Shown: positions 7,173-15,306 of the stretch, in pieces
Layout: the number at the start of each line of letters is the position of its first letter
Numbering within the stretch: position 1 is the first letter of the stretch
DNA from: Thermosulfurimonas dismutans
Lineage (GTDB): Bacteria; Desulfobacterota; Thermodesulfobacteria; Thermodesulfobacteriales; Thermodesulfobacteriaceae
NCBI RefSeq assembly: GCF_001652585.1
Contig: NZ_LWLG01000011.1
Location: 37,111-69,110 of the forward strand
DNA length: 32,000 nucleotides
Direction: 5' to 3'
The notes under the pieces: model-generated
Seen by the model: the letters and a program-made list of their open reading frames with translations, nothing else
The model's database searches: none
Told to the model about the DNA's origin: nothing
Program-made: the position numbers and the translations under genes

Positions 7173-8660
7173 ATGAAATTAAAAAGCTTTTGGGTTTGGA
7201 GCCTGGCCCTTTTTCTGCTCGCCGGAAAGGCTTGGGCGAATTCTTCGATAAGCGAGGATACCCAAACCTGTCTGGAATGTCACGAGGCTCTTACACCAGG
7301 TATTGTAGCAGACTGGAGGGAAAGCCTGCATGCCCAGATCACTCCCGAGGAGGCCCTGAAAAAAGCCCCTCTTGCAAGACGAATCAGCACCTCTCAGGTC
7401 CCCGAAGACAAGAAAGGTGTAGTGGTAGGATGTGCCGAGTGTCATACCCTCAATCCTGACTCTCACCAGGACACTTTCGAACACAACGGTTTCAGGATTC
7501 ATGTGGTGGTAACTCCCAAGGATTGCGAGACTTGCCATCCCAAGGAGGTAAAGGAATACGAGCACAATCTCATGTCCAAGGCCTATCGCAACCTCAAGAA
7601 TAACCCCGTCTATCACGGGCTCGTCGAGACCTCTTTAGGGCCGCAGAAGCTAGAGAAAGGTAGGCTAGTCTATCTCCCTTCTCATCCCCTTACGCAGGCC
7701 GACGCCTGTTTTTCCTGTCACGGGACCAAGGTGGAAGTCAAAGGGTTAACCTCGCGAGACACCCCCATGGGAGAGATGGAATTCCCGGTGCTTTCGGGAT
7801 GGCCCAACCAGGGAACGGGCAGGATCAACCCCGACGGTTCGGAGGGGGCCTGCACCTCTTGTCATCCCCGACACTCTTTCTCTATAGAAATTGCTCGAAA
7901 ACCCTACACCTGTGCGCAGTGTCACAAAGGCCCGGATGTGCCAGCCTATAAAGTCTACGTAGTGAGCAAACACGGGAACATTTTCCAATCTCAAGGAAAA
8001 CAATGGAATTTTAAAGCCGTACCTTGGAAGGTAGGCGAGGATTTCAAGGCCCCCACTTGTGCTACCTGTCACGTAAGCCTCCTGGTGGACAAGGACGGAG
8101 CTGTAATAGTGGAGAGGACTCACCAGATGAACGATAGGAACGCCTGGCGGCTTTTTGGTCTCATCTATGCCCATCCCCACCCCAAGGAATCTGACACTAC
8201 TATCATAAAGAACAAAGCGGGACTATCTCTTCCCACCGAACTTACCGGAGAGCCTGTAACAGAATTCCTCATCGACAAAAAAGAGATGAAACGTCGCCAG
8301 ACCCGTATGAAGAGGGTGTGCTCCGCCTGCCACGCCACCACCTGGGTGGAAGGTTTCTTTACCCGGCTTCACAAAACCATCGAGATCACCAACCAGCAGA
8401 CCCTAGCCGCCACTCAGATCGTGCTAATGGCCTGGAAAGAGGGCCTGGCACAGGGACTTCCCTCGAGCATCTTTGATGAGGCCATCGAGAAAATGTGGGT
8501 GGAACAATGGCTCTTTTACGCCAACTCCGTGCGTTTTGCTTCGGCCATGAGCGGGGCTGACTACGGGGTCTTTGCTAACGGCCGTTGGTTTTTGAACAAA
8601 AACCTTCAAGCCATGAAGGATTGGGTAGAGTTCAAACGCCGGACCAAGAAAAAGGATTAA
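7173..8660 (+). CDS. Periplasmic octaheme c-type cytochrome, hydroxylamine oxidoreductase (HAO) family
   Basis: Signal peptide ending AWA|N. Eight CxxCH motifs (CLECH, CAECH, CETCH, CFSCH, CTSCH, CAQCH, CATCH, CSACH). Motif order and flanks resemble my recollection of Nitrosomonas HAO (not verified against a database), e.g. CTSCHPRHSFSIEIARKPYTCAQCH...SKHG and APTCATCH. Confidence 0.8.
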   Translation: MKLKSFWVWSLALFLLAGKAWANSSISEDTQTCLECHEALTPGIVADWRESLHAQITPEEALKKAPLARRISTSQVPEDKKGVVVGCAECHTLNPDSHQDTFEHNGFRIHVVVTPKDCETCHPKEVKEYEHNLMSKAYRNLKNNPVYHGLVETSLGPQKLEKGRLVYLPSHPLTQADACFSCHGTKVEVKGLTSRDTPMGEMEFPVLSGWPNQGTGRINPDGSEGACTSCHPRHSFSIEIARKPYTCAQCHKGPDVPAYKVYVVSKHGNIFQSQGKQWNFKAVPWKVGEDFKAPTCATCHVSLLVDKDGAVIVERTHQMNDRNAWRLFGLIYAHPHPKESDTTIIKNKAGLSLPTELTGEPVTEFLIDKKEMKRRQTRMKRVCSACHATTWVEGFFTRLHKTIEITNQQTLAATQIVLMAWKEGLAQGLPSSIFDEAIEKMWVEQWLFYANSVRFASAMSGADYGVFANGRWFLNKNLQAMKDWVEFKRRTKKKD

Positions 8661-8679
8661 CCTGCGAGGCTAAAAGAGA

Positions 8680-8707
8680 CCCCCGGAGCTGGTATTAGCT
8701 CCGGGGG
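8680..8707 (-). terminator. Intrinsic terminator hairpin between convergent genes
   Basis: Perfect 11-bp GC-rich stem CCCCCGGAGCT / AGCTCCGGGGG with a 6-nt loop. On the minus strand it is followed by TCTCTTTTAG. On the plus strand no U-tract follows. Confidence 0.7.
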
Positions 8708-8713
8708 AAATCT

Positions 8714-10423
8714 CTAAAGTTCCACTCCCCAGCGTCTAAGGAAGTTGAGTCCGCCCGGAGGGACATAAGTATTCTTATACCCCGCAGCCATAAGCCACCG
8801 CTGAGCCTCATAAGCTCGTCGGGAAGAATTACAGATAAGAATTATGTCTTTATCCCGCGGAATCTTATCCAAATTGGCCCGCACCTTATCGTATTCCACA
8901 TGGATCCAGCGTCCCGGATACTTCTTGACCAGAGGTTCGGCTTCCTTGGGATGACGCGTATCCACGAAAACCGTATTAGGATCTCCTTCGCGGAGCCTAC
9001 GTAGGACCTCCTCCCAATCGATCTGCACCAGAAGACCGGTCAGAATGTTCTCCGCAGTGTGTGCTACGTCATGGATGGGATCGAGTGCGGAGTTGAAGGG
9101 CGGAGCATAGGCCAGCTCGAGCCCTATAAGGTCTTCCACCGTGGGTCTATGGGGTAAAATAGAAGATATAGCGTGTATACGGGCCAGCGTCCCGTCAGTC
9201 TTGGGCCCCACAGCCTGAAAGCCGAGCACTCGTCTGGTTACGCGGTCCACCACCAGTTCCACGAAGATAAAATCGGCCTCGGGATAGTAATGGGCCCGCT
9301 CGGTCTGGTTGTTGAGGGCGTAGATGGCGTCGAAACCCTCGGCCCGGGCCACTGAAAGCGAGATGCCGCAGGCCCCGATGGCCAGATCGAAACATTTCAT
9401 GATGAAGGCCCCTACAGTGCCCGGAAACTTGGTGGGTCGGCCAGCAAGGTTGTCTCCGATCACCCGTCCCTCGCGGTTGGCTAGAGACCCCAGAGGCATG
9501 ACCACTCTTTTCCCCAGCACTAGGTGGGGGATTTCTACACAATCGCCCCCGGCGTAGATGGCCGGATCTGAGGTCTGTAGCCGATCGTTCACCACAATCC
9601 CGCGGGTAAGCGGCGAAACTAAAAGTCCTGCCTTCTGGGCCAATTCGGTATTGGGCCTCACCCCGGTGGCAAATAGCACCAGATCGGCAGGATAGATACC
9701 GTTTTCCTCCACCACCTCCGTAACCTTACCGTCTTTTCCACGGATTTCCTTTATCCGGGCGTTAAGTACTACCTTTACGCCCTTTTCCCGGAGGTGATGT
9801 TCCACCATGCGGGCCAAAGGTGGATCCACCAGACGAGGAAGCACCTGATCAAAATACTCAAGCACCGTTGTCTCAACTCCCCATAGATCGGAGAAGGCCT
9901 CGGCCATCTCAAGCCCTATGGGCCCGGCTCCGATTACCACCACCCGTTCCACCTCTCCCCGGGCCAGCCTGCTTTTGATCTCTATGGCCTTGTGCAGATT
10001 GGAGATAGCAAAAACCCCGTCAAGATCTCTTCCCGGAATGGGCGGCATAAATGGGGTAGAGCCCGTAGCCAGTACCAAGTTGTCGTAAGGAATCTCGTCT
10101 TGTTTACCGGAATCGAGGCATTTTACCTTAACCACCTTTCGTTCCCGATCGATATCGGTGGCCTGGGTCTTGGTCAGCACGTTCAGGCCCTTGGCATTGC
10201 GAAAATAGTGCTCGTCCCTCAACATGTGAAAGGAGGTCTCTCGCAGTTGGTTCTCATCCGGGATATCGCCGGAGACATAGTAGGGTATTCCACATCCCCC
10301 GTAAGAAATGAGATCGTCCTTATCAATAAGAGTTATCTCGGCCTCGGGCATAAGCCTTTTGGCCCGACTAGCGGCCTTAGGACCGCAAGCCACCGCCCCG
10401 ATCACCACGATTCTTTTACCCAT
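8714..10423 (-). CDS. FAD/NAD(P)H pyridine nucleotide-disulfide oxidoreductase of the CoA-disulfide reductase class, fused to a C-terminal rhodanese domain (persulfide/polysulfide reductase type)
   Basis: GxGxxG (VVIGAVACGP), the redox Cys in SYGGCGIPYY (Cys44 from the trimmed start), a second dinucleotide fold (VVVIGAGPIGLE), and a C-terminal rhodanese domain with active-site loop CNSSRRA. The start is trimmed to ATG 10423 (MGKRIVVIG), which follows GGGGGG. Confidence 0.8.
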   Translation of the reverse strand: MGKRIVVIGAVACGPKAASRAKRLMPEAEITLIDKDDLISYGGCGIPYYVSGDIPDENQLRETSFHMLRDEHYFRNAKGLNVLTKTQATDIDRERKVVKVKCLDSGKQDEIPYDNLVLATGSTPFMPPIPGRDLDGVFAISNLHKAIEIKSRLARGEVERVVVIGAGPIGLEMAEAFSDLWGVETTVLEYFDQVLPRLVDPPLARMVEHHLREKGVKVVLNARIKEIRGKDGKVTEVVEENGIYPADLVLFATGVRPNTELAQKAGLLVSPLTRGIVVNDRLQTSDPAIYAGGDCVEIPHLVLGKRVVMPLGSLANREGRVIGDNLAGRPTKFPGTVGAFIMKCFDLAIGACGISLSVARAEGFDAIYALNNQTERAHYYPEADFIFVELVVDRVTRRVLGFQAVGPKTDGTLARIHAISSILPHRPTVEDLIGLELAYAPPFNSALDPIHDVAHTAENILTGLLVQIDWEEVLRRLREGDPNTVFVDTRHPKEAEPLVKKYPGRWIHVEYDKVRANLDKIPRDKDIILICNSSRRAYEAQRWLMAAGYKNTYVPPGGLNFLRRWGVEL

Positions 10424-10498
10424 GTTCCCCCCCTTTGCGGGATTTACTTCCTTCTTATCACTTTCTTCAGGACCTCGCAAATTCTCAAAAAATTTTTT

Positions 10499-10527
10499 AT
10501 TAAATCATACCTACCTATATTTCCCAA
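10499..10527 (-). promoter_or_regulatory. Candidate promoter of the CoADR-rhodanese gene
   Basis: The minus strand reads TTGGGA-N17-TTTAAT, roughly 70 nt upstream of the ATG. Confidence 0.3.
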
Positions 10528-10574
10528 AATCCATATTTTTCCTTAACTTACCACGATTTGAGATAGCAATCCCT

Positions 10575-10628
10575 GAACCCCACTTAATCGTTTCGTTCCC
10601 CAGATTCCCACTTAAACGGAAATCTGGG
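10575..10628 (+). repeat. Two copies (A, B) of a 16-nt motif GAWYCCCWCTTAAWCG; copy B sits in a hairpin
   Basis: A is 10575-10590 GAACCCCACTTAATCG. B is 10603-10618 GATTCCCACTTAAACG. The stem CCCAGATT (10599-10606) pairs with AATCTGGG (10621-10628). GATAGCAA flanks both sides (10562-10569 and 10628-10635). Confidence 0.7.
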
Positions 10629-10636
10629 ATAGCAAC

Positions 10637-10665
10637 TTAAACTAGTCGCTAACACCTTTTATAAT
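10637..10665 (+). promoter_or_regulatory. Candidate trpD-ktrBA promoter
   Basis: TTAAAC-N17-TATAAT. The -10 lies about 37 nt upstream of the ATG, and RBS GGGAGG follows. Confidence 0.4.
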
Positions 10666-10701
10666 ACTATTCACACTTCGAAGAGCGGGAGGTAAGGACT
10701 T

Positions 10702-11742
10702 ATGGAAGACCTCAAGCCCTATCTAGCCAAGCTGGTCGAGGGGAAGGAGCTTACGGAGGAAGAGGCTGCAGAGGTCATTGGGCTCATCATGGACGGCCGG
10801 GCCACTCCGGCCCAGATCGGAGCCCTGCTTTGTGCTCTGCGCATAAGGGGAGAAACCTGGCAGGAGGTAGCTGGAGCGGCCCGAGCTATGCGAAAACGCA
10901 TGGTAAAGGTGCCTCACGGTCTTCCTGAGGATCAGCCCCTGGTGGATACCTGTGGAACCGGAGGGGACGCCAAGGGTACCTTCAACGTCTCTACGGCAGC
11001 GGCCTTTGTAGTGGCGGCTGCGGGCATTCCGGTGGCCAAACACGGAAACCGTTCCGTCACCAGCCGCTCGGGAAGCGCAGACGTGCTCGAGGCCTTGGGT
11101 ATCCCGCTCGAACTCCCGCCGGAATTTGCGGCCAGGGCCCTTTCCGAGGTAGGCTTTACTTTTCTCTTTGCCCCAGCCTATCACCCAGCGGTAAAGGCCG
11201 TCATGGGACCAAGACGCGAACTGGGATTCCGGACTCTCTTTAACCTTTTGGGCCCTCTCTGCAATCCCGCCCTGGCAAACACCCAAGTACTCGGGGTCTT
11301 TGACTTCCGGCTCACGGAGAAGATGGCCTACGCCCTGGATGCCCTGAGGGTGAGACGGGCGCTCGTGGTCTTCGGAGAGGGAGGCTATGACGAGTTCACC
11401 GTGACCGGCTGGACCAAGGTCTCTGAACTCCGAGACGAACGGATCACCACCTACTATGTTACCCCGGAGGAGGTAGGGCTTGAGCGCTGCGAGGACCCCG
11501 AGGAGCTTAAGGGCGGAGATGCAGAGGAAAACGCCCGGATCCTAAAAAACATACTCTCCGGAAAGGATACGGGGCCCCGGCGGGACATGGTGTTACTGAA
11601 CGCTGGAGCGGCCCTCTACGCCGCGGAAAAGACCTTGGATCTAAAAGGGGGGGTGAAGCTTGCCCGTGAGATCCTTGAATCCGGAAAGGCCTACGAAAAG
11701 CTCCAGGAAGTACAAAACTTCTTTAAGACCCTGAAAACCTGA
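10702..11742 (+). CDS. trpD: Anthranilate phosphoribosyltransferase
   Basis: Motifs CGTGGDAKGTFNVST and KHGNRSVTSRSGSADVLEALG, at the typical 346-aa length. Confidence 0.85.
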   Translation: MEDLKPYLAKLVEGKELTEEEAAEVIGLIMDGRATPAQIGALLCALRIRGETWQEVAGAARAMRKRMVKVPHGLPEDQPLVDTCGTGGDAKGTFNVSTAAAFVVAAAGIPVAKHGNRSVTSRSGSADVLEALGIPLELPPEFAARALSEVGFTFLFAPAYHPAVKAVMGPRRELGFRTLFNLLGPLCNPALANTQVLGVFDFRLTEKMAYALDALRVRRALVVFGEGGYDEFTVTGWTKVSELRDERITTYYVTPEEVGLERCEDPEELKGGDAEENARILKNILSGKDTGPRRDMVLLNAGAALYAAEKTLDLKGGVKLAREILESGKAYEKLQEVQNFFKTLKT

Positions 11743-13094
11743 TGTTTACCGTCCGGCCCCCTATACGCTCGACCTTCTATCTGGTTTTCTCTTTCGCGAT
11801 CGCCTCCCTTTTAGGAAGCCTCCTACTGGTTCTCCCTGGGATGCATCGGGGGCATCTCTCCTTTCTCGACGCCCTTTTCACCTCCACCTCGGCCGTCTGC
11901 GTGACTGGTCTCACAGTGGTAGATACCGCCGATACCTTCACCCTTCCGGGCAAAATCGTCCTGCTTGCGCTCATCCAGGTGGGTGGACTCGGGATCATGA
12001 CCTTCTCCACCCTGTTTTTTCTCCTTTTTGGAAGGGCTGTTCCCATCGAGGAAAGTCTGGCCCTCAAGGAAAGTTTTACGCCTTATCAAGGAGTAAGATT
12101 AAAACCTCTGCTCCTGACCATCATTTCCTATACTTTGATTATAGAAGCCGTGGTAACCATTTTATTATTTCTAGGCTTCATGCCGCTTTTTGCTCCTTCT
12201 TCAGCCCTGTTTCACGCCGCCTTTCACGCGGTCTCGGCCTTCTGTAACGCCGGCTTCTCAGATCTTCCGGACGGCCTTCTCGCTTATAGGAGGAACTACT
12301 ACCTTCCGGGAGTTATCATGCTGGCCGTCCTAGCCGGGAATACGGGGTTCCCCATCATCTTTGAGACCGTAAACCGCATACGCTCCCGTCGCCCCCGGAG
12401 CTGGTCCCTGCACCTAAAACTCACGCTCTCGATACACCTGGTCCTGATACTAATGGGAGGCTTCTTCTTTTTTTGGTTTGAACGCGCCGGGGCCTTCCAA
12501 AACCTCCCCTTACCTTCTAAGCTGATGAACGCGCTCTTCCTTAGTGTCAGTGCCCGAACGGCCGGCTTCAACCTCATAGATCTAACCGCTTTCAGTGAAG
12601 CCTCTCTATATCTTTTAATTTCTCTCATGTTTGTGGGGGCTTGTCCCGGTTCCACTGGTGGTGGTGTCAAGACCACCACTCTGGGGGTCCTTCTGGCCTC
12701 GGTCGTGAGTCGTTTAAGGGGCCTCTCCCGAACCATGGCCTTCAAACGCACCATCCCGGAAGAGCTCCTCCATAAAGCCCTTACCCTGGTAACTCTTTAC
12801 GCCCTCGTCATTTTTGCCGCTCAGTTTTTGCTGGTCTCTTCTCTACCCCACCGCCCCTTTTCGGACCTGGGCTCTGATTTCCTGGCCAGGCTCTTCGAGG
12901 TCACCTCGGCCCTAGGGACGGTGGGACTTTCAATCGGTTTAACCCCAGAACTTTCCAACTTTGAAAAACTTGTGATCATAGGCACCATGTTCATTGGACG
13001 GGTGGGGGTCTTATCCCTAGCCATACTTCTTACGGGCCTTTCCGCTGGCCACAAAGAGTTTTATTATCCTAAAGAGGAGGTCCTTCTGGGTTAA
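11742..13094 (+). CDS. ktrB: K+ transporter membrane subunit, TrkH/KtrB family
   Basis: Polytopic 450-aa protein with pore-loop motifs TSAVCVTGL, IQVGGLGIMTF and CPGSTGGGVKTTT. Its ATG overlaps the trpD stop (TGATG). Confidence 0.85.
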   Translation: MFTVRPPIRSTFYLVFSFAIASLLGSLLLVLPGMHRGHLSFLDALFTSTSAVCVTGLTVVDTADTFTLPGKIVLLALIQVGGLGIMTFSTLFFLLFGRAVPIEESLALKESFTPYQGVRLKPLLLTIISYTLIIEAVVTILLFLGFMPLFAPSSALFHAAFHAVSAFCNAGFSDLPDGLLAYRRNYYLPGVIMLAVLAGNTGFPIIFETVNRIRSRRPRSWSLHLKLTLSIHLVLILMGGFFFFWFERAGAFQNLPLPSKLMNALFLSVSARTAGFNLIDLTAFSEASLYLLISLMFVGACPGSTGGGVKTTTLGVLLASVVSRLRGLSRTMAFKRTIPEELLHKALTLVTLYALVIFAAQFLLVSSLPHRPFSDLGSDFLARLFEVTSALGTVGLSIGLTPELSNFEKLVIIGTMFIGRVGVLSLAILLTGLSAGHKEFYYPKEEVLLG

Positions 13095-13747
13095 TGACCA
13101 AGAAGCGTTTCGGTATCATCGGGTTGGGACGATTCGGGAGTTATCTAGCCCGCACCCTGGCCGAGCAGGGGCAGGAGGTCATCTGCATCGATCGATCTGA
13201 AAAAGCGGTTGAGGAAATAAGCCCGCTTGTGGCGCAGGCCGTGGTGGCCGACGCCACCAAAAAGGAAACCCTAGAACACCTGGGATTTCATAGAATAGAC
13301 ACCGCCATCGTGGCCATCGGGGCCCTGGCTCAGAGCGTGCTGGTAACTCTGTTTCTCAAGGAACTGGAGACCCCTTACATCATCGCCAAGGCCCTCAACG
13401 AAGAGGGGGCGAAGATCCTTTCCCTTATCGGGGCCGATCGGGTCATCATCCCTGAGAAAGACTCGGCGGTGAGACTGGCCCGTTCCTTGGTGATGCCCAA
13501 CCTCCTAGACTTTCTTCCTCTTCTTCCCGACTTCTATATCGCCGAGGTTTACCCTCCGGCAGACTTTGTCGGGAAAACCCTCAAGGAACTTGACCTTCGG
13601 AAGAGGTATCGGGTCTATGTAATAGGCATCAAGAGGGCTTTTTCAGATAAGATTCAACTACTCCCCCCGGCCGACTATGTAATAGAAAAAGACGACCTTC
13701 TTTACCTCGTAGGGCACAAAAAGGATCTCGCTCCCTTCACCAGCTAG
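13094..13747 (+). CDS. ktrA: K+ transporter NAD-binding regulatory subunit, TrkA/KtrA family
   Basis: RCK_N Rossmann motif IIGLGRFG plus a C-terminal RCK_C domain. 217 aa. Its ATG overlaps the ktrB stop (TAATG). Confidence 0.85.
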   Translation: MTKKRFGIIGLGRFGSYLARTLAEQGQEVICIDRSEKAVEEISPLVAQAVVADATKKETLEHLGFHRIDTAIVAIGALAQSVLVTLFLKELETPYIIAKALNEEGAKILSLIGADRVIIPEKDSAVRLARSLVMPNLLDFLPLLPDFYIAEVYPPADFVGKTLKELDLRKRYRVYVIGIKRAFSDKIQLLPPADYVIEKDDLLYLVGHKKDLAPFTS

Positions 13748-13779
13748 AAGCCACCGCCTGAGGCCTCAGGCGGTGGCTT
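13748..13779. terminator. Perfect 32-nt GC-rich palindrome between convergent operons (probable bidirectional terminator)
   Basis: AAGCCACCGCCTGAGG|CCTCAGGCGGTGGCTT starts 1 nt after the ktrA stop. No real U-tract on either side. Confidence 0.55.
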
Positions 13780-13821
13780 AGCCTGTCAACAGAGTGAATG
13801 TACGCAGGTCCTCAACTAATC

Positions 13822-14247
13822 TTAATGGCCTCCTACGCCCGGCAAGATAATAGGCTTCATAATGGCAAAGACAAACTCAGCTATCATGATCAAGAAGAAG
13901 ATAATATAAGCCTTCTGTCCGCCGGCTCGCGCAAGGGCTGCCACCAAAGCCAACAAAGGAGCCAAAGCCAGTATACAAATACCGAGCATGCTCAGGCAGT
14001 CCATCCCTTTAAGATTAGAAAGGAACCAAGCATATCCATGGATTTCTATCCCTTTGACCTCCTTCCAAAATTCGCTTACCGGGAGGTTCCAATTGGCAAT
14101 GGCCTGCTTCATGTCCACAAAACCTGAAAGCCCAACTAGATAAAGCAGACCGAAGATCACCATGACCGCTAGACCAATATAAGTAGTTATTTCCATGGCT
14201 CTTGCGAAGCTAATATTTAAGGGATCAATATAGACCTGCTTTTCCAT
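13822..14247 (-). CDS. Small integral membrane protein (possibly the DUF1634-type partner of TSUP permeases)
   Basis: 141 aa with 3-4 predicted TM helices, a strong RBS (AAAGGAGGG), and a position 24 nt downstream of the TSUP gene. The family assignment is from memory only. Confidence 0.55.
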   Translation of the reverse strand: MEKQVYIDPLNISFARAMEITTYIGLAVMVIFGLLYLVGLSGFVDMKQAIANWNLPVSEFWKEVKGIEIHGYAWFLSNLKGMDCLSMLGICILALAPLLALVAALARAGGQKAYIIFFLIMIAEFVFAIMKPIILPGVGGH

Positions 14248-14271
14248 CGTTTCCCTCCTTTTTAGGAATTT

Positions 14272-15243
14272 TTAAATCACGTGGAGGCCCTTGAGGCCCT
14301 TGATAATGTTAAGAACCGCCGCCAATAGCATAATAGCCATCACAAGATATTTTACAAAGACCGGTTTGGCCTTCACCGCAAGCTTGGCTCCGATCCGCGC
14401 TCCGATGGAAATACCTATCACCGAAGGCACCACGATCATGGGAAGCACTGCCCCTTTGGCGATGTAAATCCAGGCCGCCGCCGCGTCGTTGACCCCAATG
14501 ATAACCATACTCGTAGAGGTCGCTACCTTGATGGGGGCCCCCATAAGGAGGTTCAGGACAGGCACATTGGCCCAACCAGCTCCCAAACCGAACATTCCAG
14601 CGATGAAACCCACTAAGGCGAAAAAGATAATACCTACCGGAAGACGAGTAATCTTGTACTCCACCACCTTGTTTAAGGTGGGCTCAAACCAGCTCCCCGT
14701 AAGCCCCAAAGCTGAGGAAAGTCCGTCCTGCTCCTTGACCTCCGGGAACTCCACCCTCTTAGAAGTGAGCATCACGACGAAAATAACGAAAAGCACCAGC
14801 CCCAAAGCAATAGTGATGTAGTATTTCCCAGAAGGAAAGGCGTTGGTGATCCAAAGGCCTACGATACCACCAATAATAGAAGTCACCATCGAAACACAAA
14901 CCACTGGAGCCATGACTTTGATGTTGGCCAATCCCTTGCGAATGAGCTGAGGAGACGAGGAAAGAGCGCTGGTTAAAGCCATAATCAGACCGGCTCCCCG
15001 AATAAAATCAACGCTAAAAGGGAAAAAAGCCGTCGAAAGAGGTACAAATAGCACTCCACCCCCTACGCCTGACATAGGAGCAATTAGACCAATAATAAAA
15101 GTAAATCCAAAAAGAATAAGAGGCCAGGCCCACCAGGGAAGACCCCCGCCTTTAGCGGCTGCCTCCGAGGCCAAAGCCTCCCCTCCCAGTCCAAAAACCA
15201 AAACCAGGAAACCCAAAAACAGCCATAACCATTTAACCCTCAT
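14272..15243 (-). CDS. TSUP (TauE/SafE, DUF81) family permease with N-terminal signal-like extension
   Basis: 323 aa with motifs MSGVGGGVLFVP and GMFGLGAGWANVPVLNLL. RBS AAGGAGGGAGG. Confidence 0.75.
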   Translation of the reverse strand: MRVKWLWLFLGFLVLVFGLGGEALASEAAAKGGGLPWWAWPLILFGFTFIIGLIAPMSGVGGGVLFVPLSTAFFPFSVDFIRGAGLIMALTSALSSSPQLIRKGLANIKVMAPVVCVSMVTSIIGGIVGLWITNAFPSGKYYITIALGLVLFVIFVVMLTSKRVEFPEVKEQDGLSSALGLTGSWFEPTLNKVVEYKITRLPVGIIFFALVGFIAGMFGLGAGWANVPVLNLLMGAPIKVATSTSMVIIGVNDAAAAWIYIAKGAVLPMIVVPSVIGISIGARIGAKLAVKAKPVFVKYLVMAIMLLAAVLNIIKGLKGLHVI

Positions 15244-15306
15244 AACACCTCCCTCCTTAGCCTAGATTTGAAACTTTTCTACACCTCTTCCCTTTTTTTG
15301 CAACCC

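Noticed and set aside
10424-10480. A 19-codon N-terminal extension of the CoADR-rhodanese ORF.
   Set aside because: ATG 10423 sits right before the GxGxxG FAD fold and follows a GGGGGG RBS. The extension would place the Rossmann start atypically deep in the protein.
10562-10640. A degenerate CRISPR repeat or array remnant (hairpin-containing repeats with GATAGCAA flanks).
   Set aside because: There are only two short, imperfect copies, with 12-nt rather than spacer-sized separation. No cas genes or leader are present. It fits an operator or small repeat element better.
10556-10701. A c-di-AMP (ydaO-yuaA) riboswitch upstream of ktrBA, prompted by CTTAATC and AGCTAAC-like strings in the repeated element.
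   Set aside because: I could not find the conserved elements as I recall them (GGGGA..CC, GGGGUGAAUC, CCCGNACCCGNCAGCUAAC) in the right order or number on either strand. The predicted trpD promoter lies downstream of the element.
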